Part shown: positions 27,446 to 40,480 of the stretch, one piece after another
Numbering within the stretch: the stretch's first letter is position 1
How the letters are laid out: each line of letters starts with the position of its first letter
Origin: Setoptus koraiensis
Taxonomy: Eukaryota > Animalia > Arthropoda
Direction of reading: 5' to 3'
Length of the DNA stretch: 64,000 nucleotides
Assembly (NCBI GenBank): GCA_048013815.1
Contig: CM106586.1
Location: 186,001-250,000, forward strand
The notes under the pieces: generated by a model
Databases searched by the model: none
Seen by the model: the letters and a program-made list of their open reading frames with translations, nothing else
What the model was told of the DNA's origin: nothing
Program-made: the position numbers and the translations under genes

Positions 27446-28228
27446 ATGCATTCACAACCCAAAGTTGATACTCAAAATTTGTGCTCAAACTCAACGATCA
27501 TCATGTCATCAAAACGATCAAGACGCGCCAACAATAATACCTTGGGACAAATCATACCAAAAGTAGCCATCTTTTTGTTGGTCGTATCCGTTTGCTTAGC
27601 TCTAGTATGGGGTCATGAGGTATGGTACAAATATATCACATTTCTACACTAATTTTTTTCTTCTGATTGAACAAAGCAAACTGTCGATGGGACATAATTT
27701 AACAATTAAATGAATCCTATTCGACTAACCCCTTCGACATTGTTAATTACTGTGCTTTCCCGATCAAAACAGGAAGCACACCAATCTTATGATGACCATA
27801 AGCACCACAAATACAATCCATACAAATATGGATACAAAGTTGTAGATCATAAAGGTAACAAACAATGGAAGCAAGAAGAAAGCCATCACCCGATGGAAGT
27901 GAAAGGCAGTTATGGCTTCAAGGACAAACACGGTCTCTTCAGAGAGGTCAGTTATGTTGCCGACAAGCACGGTTTCAGAGCTCACGTTAAGACCAATGAA
28001 CCAGGAACTGCACCTAAAAACCCAGGTTAGAACCTAACTACTAGGATGATAAGCCCAATCTGCTAGTAGAACGAAATTGTGTTACTTGAATACTCGTATC
28101 TCTCTAACTTCCAAACTTTTCAAAATCAACCATCTGATCTTACTTATATAGCTGCAGTCAAGATGGACGCCCACCCCGATCCATCGTTACACAAAAATCA
28201 CTATGGCTCAGGTATGGGACATCATTAA
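27446..28228 (+). CDS. Cuticle protein with chitin-binding Rebers-Riddiford domain (chelicerate CP10.9/14/16.8-like), 3 exons, ~167 aa
   Basis: join(27446-27619, 27773-28025, 28152-28228), all GT-AG with consistent phases. Hydrophobic signal-like segment. PYKYGY...GNKQWKQE...VKGSYGFKD..GLFREVSYVADKHGFRAHVKTNEPGTAPKNPAAV. The start could be the Met at 27503. Confidence 0.9.
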
Positions 28229-28905
28229 TAAATTGGATTTTGTATCGGCTAGATGGCGATTTATGTTGATATGCATGGGATTAGCATCCAAACATAGTAA
28301 ACTCTTGTGTCATCATTTACAAGAGCACTAAATAAAAGAGACTACTGTTGTTAGAGTTGCTTGTCTGGTAACTAATAACATCATGAAGGCTAAAAATAAT
28401 TTGGACAGTGAATGTTGCAATTTCTCAAAATCTAATGATTCTTCCCACTGTCATCAGTCGAGCTCTATCTATTGACGTTTCATGTACTTGTCATTCGGAA
28501 GATCCTGCTAGACTGAGCAGACTGTCAGGGTATTGATTCTGGTGCTGATTTTGATTGGACAGTCCAATCAATATCCAACTCATGAGATAAAAAGTATTCG
28601 TTTCTTTCTGCAGAATTATCTTGGATAGTCTTAAGCGGTTCACTATCGTAGAACAGCTAATTTAGGTATATCACAATGCAACATGAATATAATTTACAAA
28701 CAGAGACACGAAATATATGTACATTGTAATATAAAGTTGCGTTAATTTTGTTCTGGATATTCACTCCTCTATAACATCCTGTAACATTGATCAACTGGTA
28801 CAACGTCTTGGGTAGTGTTTGTGTGTATCTTTTCAGTTCGGGTAGCTAGATGATCCTTTAGGAATAAAACGCATCACAGCGTCTGGAATAAAGCCAGTTG
28901 AAGTA

Positions 28906-29283
28906 TTACCAGACTCCTGCACTTGTTTGGGGCCTCATCGATTTATAAAGATAATAAGCTCCAGGTATGGAGCATAACAAACCGCTAATAAAAAATATTG
29001 TTGCATCGTAATCTGATAGTGGTTTAGATACAATAATAATAGCGAATATTGTAAGACCAATTCCTGCTAAAAGTAATACACTTGCGGCAATGATGACCGA
29101 ATTCTGATTTTTATTTGCATCACCGATATGACTGGCTCGGCTAAAATCAAATCTCGTGTCCAAAGTCGAATTTGACGGCACTCGTTGATCAGCAACGATG
29201 TCCTGGGAGTTCGAGAGGCTACCATATGTAGGGATAGCATCATTGACGTGAAAATTCGGCCGTGATTGTTGCTGAGAGTTCAT
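28906..29283 (-). CDS. Small two-TM protein, TMEM134/TMEM230 (DUF872)-like
   Basis: Two hydrophobic helices, VIIAASVLLLAGIGLTIFAIIIV and IFFISGLLCSIPGAYYLY; the PGxY motif follows TM2. Confidence 0.65.
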   Translation of the reverse strand: MNSQQQSRPNFHVNDAIPTYGSLSNSQDIVADQRVPSNSTLDTRFDFSRASHIGDANKNQNSVIIAASVLLLAGIGLTIFAIIIVSKPLSDYDATIFFISGLLCSIPGAYYLYKSMRPQTSAGVW

Positions 29284-30047
29284 TCTTCTTCTCTTTTACT
29301 ATATCTTATATTGATAAAAGATTCAGTCCGGGTCACTAAAATTTTGTATTGGATACGATAATTATGAATTAAACCATAGTCCTAGACATTCCTTATGTGT
29401 GTGTGTGTATGTTGAATTGAATATCTATTCTAGTTCGACTACTTTCTATGTTGACTTCGATTCTATTTATGGACAATCGATCCGATCAATTATGTTTGTA
29501 TAATCATGTCGCCATGGCAATTGTAATATATCGCTTGTTTATTGGATTATATTAAGCATTGAAAAATTTGTAAAATTATTTTTATTTCAAAAATATGCCA
29601 ACCGATTGAGCATCGGTGAAACCATCCGATTCAATTCTCAACGTTGGAGAAGAAACATGTTACTCAGGCTATATTAGTCATATTTTTTTTATATACGTTT
29701 TTCTCCTATGTCGTCAACAACTTTCAACATTCGGTGTTACCTTTCTGCGTGCATGCTGTTAATCTCTAAGCATTTAATGTTACAAATGATCAGATCAAGT
29801 AGAAAGCTTAAAGCAAGATAATCTTGACTATTAGTCAAATAATGCGAATGAGCTTGTTTCCACTTGATTGTAACCTGTTAGTTATTTTAACTGATTTTTA
29901 TTAATCGGATAAGAGTCACGCTGAAATGGCCTTACCTTATAATAATGTTGTTCTGTTTGATTCAACGAACTGTTCAAGATAGTAAATTTAGCGCCAGTTG
30001 TGAATAGGAAGTGACAACTGCATGTTACAAATATCAATCAGTATTAA

Positions 30048-31088
30048 TCAGTATCTCATACTAGCTGAAGAATAGAAGTGTCTCACGGTTTCTTTGATGC
30101 CAATGTCGATCGATGTAAACTGATATTCTGCTAGATAGGCTCTAAGTTTTTTATTGGATGCAGTTTTTCTCTGTTGTCCATCACTGTAACTTGATTCAAA
30201 CACCAGTTTGATATTGCCATGCCTGATATTATTTTCTTTGTACAAATCTTGAAAACTAGATAATATTTTGAAGGCAAGCTCTTTGATAGTGATCTCATCA
30301 CTCTCATCAACACAAAGGATCAAAGGCTCTGGCTTGTCGTAGTTCTTGAGAGTCCATAACATAAGCTTAGCTAGATCTTTGGAATATAAGAATTGGCGAA
30401 CTGGCTTGCCGGATCCATAAACCGTTAGATGTGTTTCATGTTGGAGATTTTGCTCCGATTCTCTCATCGCTCGATAAGCTTTATGAATCAAACCTGGTAC
30501 CACATGACCTGTGTCTATATTAAAATTATCATATAATCCGTAAATATTACATGGAATCACCGAGGTAAACAAACTTTTTTCTTCCGTGGGTCTAGAAATC
30601 TGATCCAAATTGTATGCACGATTCAGAACATCGATCATCCTCTTGGCATAAGAGTAGCCAAAATTCGAGTCATGAGGAGGACCATCATGGATCATGCTCT
30701 CATCGATGGGATAAGGAGTGTCATCTGGAAAAATACATGTGGACAGACACGATATACACTTTTTCACTCTATATTTGTAACTGAATAATAGAACGTTATC
30801 ATTTATGGATGAATTGATTCGATAAAACTTCAAATTATTCTCTATATTGGCAAATAAGCCTCCAACATGGGCAGCCAAATGAATTACATAAGTGGGCTTG
30901 TAAGTGTCAAATATCTTTTCCGCTTGTTCCGAATCTGTAAGATCTCCATCTTTGGAACTGATGAACTTGAAACTCAATGATTTCACCTGCTCATCATTCG
31001 AGTAGTTGACTTCATCCTCTAAAGACCGGCCCACTAGGCCAGTGCCACCTGTAACCAAGACAACATCCTTCTGGATAGAATTACTCAT
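30048..31088 (-). CDS. GFUS: GDP-L-fucose synthase (FX/TSTA3)
   Basis: VLVTGGTGLVG Rossmann motif, VIHLAAHVGGLF, SCLSTCIFP, YSYAKRM catalytic YxxxK, GSGKPVRQF, SDGQQRKTASN. Intronless. Confidence 0.97.
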   Translation of the reverse strand: MSNSIQKDVVLVTGGTGLVGRSLEDEVNYSNDEQVKSLSFKFISSKDGDLTDSEQAEKIFDTYKPTYVIHLAAHVGGLFANIENNLKFYRINSSINDNVLLFSYKYRVKKCISCLSTCIFPDDTPYPIDESMIHDGPPHDSNFGYSYAKRMIDVLNRAYNLDQISRPTEEKSLFTSVIPCNIYGLYDNFNIDTGHVVPGLIHKAYRAMRESEQNLQHETHLTVYGSGKPVRQFLYSKDLAKLMLWTLKNYDKPEPLILCVDESDEITIKELAFKILSSFQDLYKENNIRHGNIKLVFESSYSDGQQRKTASNKKLRAYLAEYQFTSIDIGIKETVRHFYSSASMRY

Positions 31089-31675
31089 GTTATTCTCATG
31101 AATTTTCGCCGATTGAAACTCACCAGAGTGGTAGATTGTTGTTAGATTGTAATATTTTCATCGAGATCCATTCTAATAAATTCACAAAAATTCCTGGATG
31201 TCTGTACAGTTCATACAAACCGCAATCAGCTGATATGCATCATTCACTTGTTGTCCAAGTGATATGTGGACACCATCGGCGCTATATAGTTATTATGGCC
31301 GGACTATTCACCTGTGATTGGTGTTGCCGATTTATGGCTGACATTAGATCGTCAAACGCCGTTCTGGTGACATTAGGGGCGATGGCTCAACTACTGTCAA
31401 ACTTGTTAGCCCTCGCGTCACTTTATTGCGATTGTTTAAGAGTGAAGTATCAATATGGGCAGTAGGTGAGTACGTATTAGGTTACTCTGTTACGCCAAAC
31501 ACGTAGATTTACTTTATAACATGATTTCTTTGCAGCATATTGAAATTTGATCGATAAAACGAATAAATACATTAGAATCAATTCTATGATAAATCTTTGT
31601 TCATTTTATTTTACTTGGTGATTTTGTTTTGTTCAATTGATCGTATAGACTTGTTTGAATCAAGGCTAAAGGAAA

Positions 31676-33160
31676 TTAGATGAGATATCCATCTTGATAG
31701 TTTCTTATATGATTTCCAATGGTACGGATATCTTGTGGGCAGTATGTTAGATCTTCTAATCTCGTAGATAATCTAGCTCCTTTAAAGCTCTCCGAATGAT
31801 TGTTGACGATATAATCATTATGGTTTATACCATATCTCTGGCAGGATTCTCTCTTTGATGACAATCTAGAGAAATTTTCCTTGGAATATCTAGACTCTTT
31901 CGAAAAGAAAACTTTCAAAAAAACTGTAAAAAGGCACATGCCTATTCCAAACAATGCAATCAAAGCTATTCCGACATGGTATAATAATTTCTTCTTATGG
32001 GAATTGTAGGAGTGATTAATGTTATCTTCCAGAGATTTTATGTAATACTTTCGCAATATGATCGATATCGAATATTCCAATAGAGTATATTCTCTGAATG
32101 TTGCTCTCAATGAAACATCGTTGCGACTATTACGGTCGGTAATCAGGGCATCTATTAAATTATTAAAGCTAGCAACATTAAGATGCTTATGTGCTTCCCA
32201 GTACTTGATCTGTATTTTGGGCTCTAGTTGGAGGGATACCTGAAGAAATTCTAGTGATGTGTGATGAAGCTCCAAGAAATGTGAAACATTGATATGTCGA
32301 TTTGATTGAAAGTAAATGAAGCCAAGCGCATATTCAGCCGTGCGACGAGACATCCACTTCATGTATAAGGCGAGGCCGATGTTATTAATTGGATAGTGAT
32401 GTCTAGCGTTGATATTGTGAATCGGAGCATCAAGAGATAAGCAACTTCGTTCAATGAGTTCTGTCAGTTCTAGAAATGACGTAACAGTTTCTATTGGGTC
32501 GTAACCTAGTCTAGAGTCCGCTTTGATTTGATTGTAGATTAACGAAAATCTATCCTTGGCTGCTCGAAGATCGTCAATGATATGTGAATCGCTTGGTAAC
32601 CATTGTTGATAATGAACAATGAGATAATTGATAGAGGTATGTATTTCTTCGTAGTATTTAGTTAATATTTGATATTCTAGATGAGGCCCATGCAATGCCG
32701 GACTAGTGTTATGATTATCCGCGGTCAAGTTATTAAGATTTGTTATCAGGTCAGTGGATACAAGTGAAGAAAGACGTCTATTGTATATGGCATCTGTTTG
32801 GTTGTCCCCTTGTGACTCAATAATAAATAACATCATGTTATCTAGGTCCATAATGACACTAGATGTCTTCTCGTGAGCCTGATATATTTTATGGTTTTCA
32901 AGCCATGTTGAAGTAGATGAAATTGATTGTGTTATCAAAAGTGAACACAGTATAGCTGACCAAATAATAAAGAAACTGATGAAAATCAATAGTAATGACG
33001 ACAATTTATAGTTTTCAAATAACTTATACAAATAGTTATAAATGAGACCATGATGGTCCCTGTTTGAGGAGGGACTGTCACTGGTGTTTGAGTCTTTCCT
33101 ATTAACCGAAGTGTGTCGTTCCATAATTTTTTTGTGACTTGTCAATAATGCGATGGCCAA
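31676..33160 (-). CDS. Two-TM membrane protein with a ~310-aa extracytoplasmic helical domain, possibly NIT (nitrate/nitrite-sensing)-like
   Basis: 494-aa ORF with TM segments at about aa 53-80 and 393-420. ALYMKWMSRRTAEYALGFIYFQ and FLQVSLQLEP..Y resemble my recollection of the invertebrate NIT motif (ERALGxxF[YF]). The CDS is solid; the family call is tentative. Confidence 0.5.
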   Translation of the reverse strand: MAIALLTSHKKIMERHTSVNRKDSNTSDSPSSNRDHHGLIYNYLYKLFENYKLSSLLLIFISFFIIWSAILCSLLITQSISSTSTWLENHKIYQAHEKTSSVIMDLDNMMLFIIESQGDNQTDAIYNRRLSSLVSTDLITNLNNLTADNHNTSPALHGPHLEYQILTKYYEEIHTSINYLIVHYQQWLPSDSHIIDDLRAAKDRFSLIYNQIKADSRLGYDPIETVTSFLELTELIERSCLSLDAPIHNINARHHYPINNIGLALYMKWMSRRTAEYALGFIYFQSNRHINVSHFLELHHTSLEFLQVSLQLEPKIQIKYWEAHKHLNVASFNNLIDALITDRNSRNDVSLRATFREYTLLEYSISIILRKYYIKSLEDNINHSYNSHKKKLLYHVGIALIALFGIGMCLFTVFLKVFFSKESRYSKENFSRLSSKRESCQRYGINHNDYIVNNHSESFKGARLSTRLEDLTYCPQDIRTIGNHIRNYQDGYLI

Positions 33161-34017
33161 GTTAGAATGTTACTCAATTAATATATAGATATATGAATAT
33201 ATATAGAGTGATATATTTTGTTTTTGAATGATATGTGTTGTCGGAATTGAATTATCAAGTGAAGTTAATGTTAGAAATGACTTAGATACAATACAATAAT
33301 AAAGATGATGTAATAGTTGATTATTGTTTCTAATTGTCAATTTCTAACAGCCAATGGCCAGTTGTAGTTGTAGCAATGTCTAATTGAATGTAATAATAAT
33401 GCAAATATTGATAATGTCGAATATATTATAATCTTATAATTTAATGGTGCTTCGAGTGGCTAATAAGCGCTGGTAACAATTGATGTCTAATGTCATCTTG
33501 TGTGACATTGAGACATATTGCATAGTAAGATATTATTAATAAGAATTTATATCCAACTAGCAACGATCATACTATTATGTATAGTAGTGGTAGTTGCATT
33601 TTTATTATAACTGTGTTGCTACAATAAGCCATTGAATTGGCATGGTTGTGCCATGCATTTGTATAATATATTATACAACAAAGAGGACAATAGGTGAACC
33701 GTGGGCCATGGCAGCGGGACCAGTTCGTGGTGATTGTTGCAGCAGCTGCACCATTGGGCCGGTCATGTGCGTACTACTTTTCTCGTACATAGATGGGGCG
33801 ACATATCCCGACCCATTGATCCGATACAATGGTGAGAGTGCGCATGCGCTTGTTAGGCCCGCATCGGCTAATTGTATGATGCGTTTGTCATTTGAGAGTT
33901 TAGTAGTCAATTGTCTCCCCAACGAATAACATCAATACACATACACCACCGATCATCAAGTTGCCTCAAAATAACATAACAACAACAACATTTGTCAACA
34001 ATAACAACAACAACACA

Positions 34018-34320
34018 ATGACCAGCTCAGCCACCATATTAGTGAACACATTTTGTTTAATTTTCATCATATTACAACTAATTAGTGTTGATATATACGC
34101 TTGTGGACCAGGTAGAGGCGGCGGGCGTAGAAGAACATTTCGAAAATATCCACCATTAGTTTACAAGCAACATATACCAAATGTTAGTGAAGACACGCTG
34201 GGTGCTAGTGGGCGCAGCGAAGGAGCTATCCAACGTCAAGACAAGAGATTTAAAGAGTTGGTTGTAAACTGGAACCAAGATATTGTGTTTAGATCCAGCA
34301 CCGATAGAATTATGACACAG
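34018..34320 (+). CDS. hh: Hedgehog exon 1 (signal peptide and start of HhN); gene = join(34018-34320, 40481-40742, 42115-43214), ~554 aa
   Basis: Signal peptide followed by CGPGRG (palmitoylated Cys), basic motif GRRRTFRK, PLVYKQHIPNVSEDTLGASG, DRIMTQ, then donor GTAAG at 34321. Confidence 0.96.
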
Positions 34321-34452
34321 GTAAGCTATTTTGTAGCATGCTGTTTATAGGCCACTCTACTTTGAATTGTTATTCTTCATTCTTTACTTGTCCTATATAA
34401 TATTCTGTTCCATAATGTTGTTCCAGGGTGCATATCTTGGTTGGTGGCCCAT

Positions 34453-34537
34453 TGTGTGTGTGTGTGCGTGTGTGTGTGCGTGTGTGTGTGTGTGTGTTTG
34501 TGTGTGAGTTTGTATGTGAGACAGAAAGAGAGAACAG

Positions 34538-34597
<60 letters not shown>
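34453..34597. repeat. Compound (GT)n/(GA)n microsatellite in hh intron 1
   Basis: GT/GC run then a long GA run. It is the source of several spurious ORFs. Confidence 0.95.
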
Positions 34598-34603
<6 letters not shown>

Positions 34604-34888
34604 ACATCATCTCGGAACAACAACGCTCTTGGCTCACGAGAGAGAAGAAGCGAAAGAGAGTAAAAAAATAACTTCGATTCTTCCTTTCTCTCTCCTTCTC
34701 TATAATCAAGGCGCCACACACACTGCTTTTGTGGCCGACGTTGTTGGCGGTTGTTGGCGGTTGTTGGCGGTGATGTTAATGGTGGCCATTATTATCATTA
34801 GTGTCTCCCATTGCTCATCGTGTAGTACCTGTGATGATGATCACCCAATTCTTCATGCCACAACTGGCATGCTGTTTTCGTTTGACCA

Positions 34889-34932
<44 letters not shown>

Positions 34933-37471
34933 GTCCGCCCATCAGTCATGGGTGCTGAACATGAGAGTGAATGGCATTGTTTGACCATGTTCGAATTACC
35001 ATTTCCAACTTGGTATCGATTTATTTCTATCGCTGTTTCCCTCTCTAACTAGTGGTAATCCAAGTAGTGAGTCATTTTTGATATTAACATTGACCGAAGC
35101 GGCCAACTAACAGCCGACACACAGAGAAAAAGATCACCTAAGAGAAGCGCAGTGCAGCAACAAGTGTGCACTGATTTGCCACATGAAGCCAAAAAGAAGC
35201 GCTCAACAATTGAACACTTGGGTGCTCATTATCTCAATACTACATCTATCTAATGATGATCATGATTCCTCTGCACACTATACGTACATACGCGTATCTC
35301 AATACACACATACATATGCATGGATATATACGCATCCGCATGTATCGGTATATAACGTTAATGTGTACACAGATATGTAAAAGTATGTGGTGACTGGAAA
35401 TTGGACGATGAATCTGGTGAGAGCGTGATTTCAATGCTGCTGCGTGTCCATACAAATACACATATAATGAGAAACAACCGCAGCAATAGAACAAGACGAA
35501 CAAGAGGGAAAAAAGACCCGAGGCTACTTATAGTGTTTAGCTTATTATTACCTGTGTGAGTGTGTATTTGTACGTGTTTGTGCACGAGTGTTGGTTTAAA
35601 TTTATTGGTTCTATAGCTTCTTTCTTGGTTGCTTGGTTTGTTCACTTTTCAACTAAAGATTGTTGCCTTTCACAATGCTCACGCTCATGCTCATGCTCAT
35701 GCTGATGATGACAATCAAAACAACAATAATACATTTGGTGGCATTAGTGGTAGCATTAACCAAAATCAAGCGTGTGACAAATGATGACGATCATTACTAT
35801 TAACAATAATATGATTATTACTACTAATGCTAATTGAACAAACTAAATATAAAATACCTGGAAAAAGAGTGATGAGATTTTCGTTGGACAGAAACAACTA
35901 ACTGGCGAATTACAAGCAGCTATAATCCTCTGTCGTTGTCGTTGCTGCTTCTTGGTCTTCTCATTATTGTTGCTTATCATTTAAATTCTAAAATCAGTGA
36001 CATATCAATCTTAAAACGTAAAACGATGTTTAACTAAAACTACTACCGACTGACCACTAACAAATGGTCAGCAGTAGTAGTGGTGGGAGTAGTGGTCACA
36101 TACAAGCATGACAAGCGCATAGCAAACAATCGGCTCATGGTGCTCAACAGTCACGTTTGATTCTACACACGCACACAATCACAACAACTAACAACAACTA
36201 ACAACAAAAATTAGTTAGTACAACAATTGTAAATATGAGATGCTGTTAAGATCCCATTATCTCTTCTCAAGTCCAATGGGGACCTGACAATGATTGTTGA
36301 GCTGAACTCTCATCCTTTTTCACAATTCGACTTCTTCATTCAATCTTTCATGTGCTACAAATCATTTAATCCAACGTATTTAGTCATGTTAGAATTAATC
36401 ATTAACAACAACCAGCAGCTTCAGTCAGAGAGCCAGCCACATCTTGTTTGTGTCCTGAGACAAATCACGGAAATCATCTTTGTTGTTATATCTCTTCTAT
36501 CGTCTATGCATGCTAGTGCTGGTCTGCAACACACACACACACACACACACCAACAATAGCGCCAACAACATTGCTGACCAATTGTCATATTAGTGACACA
36601 TTTGAATCAGATTATCCCTTGCTTCTTCTTTACCATTCTCAAAAGTTATTATTGCCTTTTATTTCTGCCTGTCACATTGATTGCTACGTCCGTTGCTGAA
36701 TGTTTGGTGTTCGTTTGTATGTGTTCAAGGCCCGTTATTATTTGGCCAACATTGACCAGAATGCTCAGCCAATTCCAGTCAGGCTCTGGTGCCGATGTCA
36801 CCACCATGAACATCATTAGACATTAGCATAATTAGTCTCACCTGACACAATGGCCGCAACCTAACAGCACTATACATTTTATACCAGGTAATAAAATGTG
36901 CGGTGCGTGCTGGTCATAATGACACCGAACACACACACAAACCTAATCAACATTTCATCACTTATATGTATATATATCCAAATCTGATTAATCGCACATT
37001 TTTTCTCTTTTCGACAGCAACCAATAAGCGATCAGTGTGATTTGTCAGTGTCGTTTGTGTTTCTTCCCAATCAAAAAGAACAAAACCGCTTGCTTTCTTG
37101 CGCGCGCGTACCAATTCTCTAAAATGCAAATTAATATCAATAAGGTACAACAAACTTATTTATAACATATATGTACATAGTAGAAAAGAAGCAGTAGAAA
37201 GAAAAGAAGCGGCACCTTGAAAGAACCTTTCTCCTTTAAATAGATGCGAAACATAGAGAGCGCGCATAAGTTAAGTTTAAACAAGAGGTGCAAGTATATA
37301 AGTTGTTGTTGTTTGGTTTTATAAGATATCCATAGACACAGTGTGTCCATGATATATTCTCATATGCACACCAGTTCACACACAGATTATTCGATGTTGC
37401 TTTTCCTCATGCCCATTACCTGTCTATCTACTGACAAGCAAAAACAAATTGGCTTCAAGTTTGCCAATTCT

Positions 37472-37512
<41 letters not shown>

Positions 37513-37985
37513 CTATATACACATGCCTATATTTATATCTGAGAGCGTATATAGTGACTGGACACACACGATGAATTGCATTAAGCTACTCCTGCTGTGC
37601 AAATTATTGGATGATTTAAAAACGATTATCTGTCCAGATTTCACTTGCTACTAACTTACGCGACTCTGGAGCAGCGTGTTTGTTTTTTATTGACCATTTC
37701 CACTTGCTGTCATATTTGCTTGAGATTAAAAACAATATATTCTGCGGCAATTGGTGATTGTGTTCAGTGTCTAGTGGCTAATATTTTATTCAGATATTAT
37801 TATTGAGATTAGAGAGACGGAGAGAAATACTCCTATTCCGATGATAGTGCTTTATGTTGACCACTAAACCAAACCATTAAACACAAGACCACCAACGTAT
37901 GAATATCCGTGCTTTTAATGGCAATACGGCAAATGGTGCTAACATAGGACATAGAAGAAGATTTGAAGTGTATTATTCAATCTAG

Positions 37986-38006
37986 TTTCTCTCTTTCTCT
38001 CTCTCT

Positions 38007-38070
<64 letters not shown>
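37986..38070. repeat. Compound (CT)n(GT)n microsatellite in hh intron 1
   Basis: Directly visible. Confidence 0.95.
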
Positions 38071-38072
<2 letters not shown>

Positions 38073-40480
38073 CGATAGCAATAATCAACCAAATAAAATT
38101 AGATAACTGATGAAAACGAAAGAGATGACCAAGAAAAAGCAGAACAATTCTTCCAAAAGTTACCTTTGTTGTTTCAGTTTTACGTTGAAGTGAAGCACTT
38201 TTTATTAACTCATTCCACCTGGTGTTTATTCGAAAGTCGACAACGTGCATTCCCAATAACCCAATGAGTGTCATAGAGTAATAGTTGACGAGGTAAATAC
38301 TTGACAAATAGAGAAAGAATGAGAGCGCATATGAACTCATAAAGTATGGAGAACTTTACTGTCGGTCATATATCCAAATATTGATTTTTTCACCTCATAT
38401 TTACAGCACAAACACACTTAGAACAAATAGAGAAAGAAGGCAGGGGCGAGAAAATTATGATTGTTGTTGGTGCAATTATAATGTATCTCGGATCTAAATT
38501 CATGCACAACAACTTGCAACGTTTACAAACACTTGTAATTCTTATTCTTATATATATATATTGATCTTATTTCCTCGACTGGCGTCTGAGGACATTTCAT
38601 GTGATCAGATAAAATCATGCAGACATAACTTGTAGAAATACTGTAGTATAGATTTGTACAACCTGTTGATTCGGAGAAGGAATTGTTGAAATTGTTTTGC
38701 TTGTTGTTTACATTCAGTCTTCAGCTGTGGTTGTTGTCATTGTCGTTTAAACTTTCGAACGTTGAATCTTTTATTCTTTCATTATTAAACCAAGCTGAAG
38801 CTTCGATAACTACAAACTAGAATACGAACTATGCACGACAAGATAAACAAGCCTCTTTCTCTCTCACTCATTAGAATAGAACTGTATATATCATTAGGAC
38901 AGTTAAATTATAACAAGTGCTTGGTCAAATATTGAGATGATTGTTTTTTATTTATCTCTATCTCTAGAGATTCCAAGTCACGAGCTGTTGTTAAGTGCAA
39001 GATAATAAGATCTTGTGGCAGTGGTGTTGACTTTATCCTCTTACCTTTTTCTATGGACAAGGTACACACACAATACGATCCTAGTTGGAGAATCTTCCTT
39101 ATGAGATGGAATAGAAAAAATGATAAAACGATTATTGAAAGTTATAACTGACAACTGTGAGTTGGTTGACTGTTGGCCATGATTAGTTAGTTCTGTAGAG
39201 TTAGTGGACATTGTTCGACATTCCGGTATATGCAAAATATCTGGAATGATTTTCATGGGTTGGTTATATATTGATGCTTCAACTATTCATCATGCGCTTA
39301 GTTGAAACTTATCATTTGTTTTCGCCAATGTCGCCTCTAATCTAATTCTGCCGATCTATGTGTTTATACGCATGCACTAATACAGTCAGTTATAAACAGC
39401 AACAGTATATATGACTGACCAGTGAAACGACAGACGGCTGTCGTTTTTACTTTTATCATTTATTGATATGTTGTGTAGACTTGATGTTAGTTAAAGTCGA
39501 AATCGAAGTGGAAGTCGGTGCCGAATTCAAAGAGGAAACAGAAAAAGAACTAATGGAGGATGAGATACCATAAAAAAGTTGATTAGTTTATGTTCGAATT
39601 GATGTTTGATTAGTTGATAAGATGGCGTGATATGACGAATGGGCAGGTAGATGGAAAGAGAAAGAGCGTGATTTTAGTTGATTTATTATCCCACATGTTG
39701 TAGTTGCGGTGACCAACTTACCATGTACTTGTTGCTTCTTATTTCTTGTTCTGTAACTGTGTTCTTTTTCTCTGTGTGTCCACCTCGAACATCTATCTAT
39801 TAATAAGATATAAACTAAAATAACACACACTCAGTTGTTGTACGTGATAGTTATAATGAGATGATGATAAGTAAATAAATACACAATTTTGAAGTTGGTC
39901 AAGATCATTTACTTATTATCATTCATTTGAATCTATCAGCGTCATTACTTTGCTTTTATTTTGTATGTATATTGTAATATCATCATCATTTATTGAATGT
40001 TTCGAACGACGGGATGAGATAAGGAATGACACTCTCAATTAATGCCTATATGACAGCATCATTACAGCTAATGACCATCAATATACTCAATATTCGATAT
40101 TCTCTGACCTATCGCAGCCTCTCAACTGGTGCATGTAAATAATAATAATAAAACGACCACCATCATCAATATACACAACACTACATTTTATTCTTACGAG
40201 TTCTCAACATCTACTTGTAACAGCTCATTCAATTATTCAAATTATAGTCGGCTATACCTTGCCTACCCGTCTGTTGATTCGACTGTCATATCATATCGTG
40301 TAGATGAAAAGTAGACCTATAATCTAAACTACTACCGGTACCATCATCAATCTATCAAACTATAATATTAACCAGTGTCCATTTCTTAATCGTTTTCACT
40401 ATCCATTCCTTCCGTCCCACATGATTGTTTGATTATATCCATGCAAATGAATATAATTATTGTTGTGATTTATATTGTAG

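Noticed and set aside
31136-31465. 109-aa plus-strand ORF opposite the GFUS start
   Set aside because: Non-ATG start, no recognisable motif; more likely promoter/UTR.
33642-33929. Overlapping ORFs on both strands upstream of hh
   Set aside because: No homology signal. The slightly GC-richer sequence with a TGCGCATGCGC motif fits hh promoter/5' UTR.
33961-34017. TTG start given by the ORF track for hh
   Set aside because: ATG at 34018 directly precedes a normal signal peptide.
34377-38340. Many ORFs rich in CV/SL/HT/RE dipeptides in hh intron 1
   Set aside because: They are translations of (GT)n/(GA)n microsatellites.
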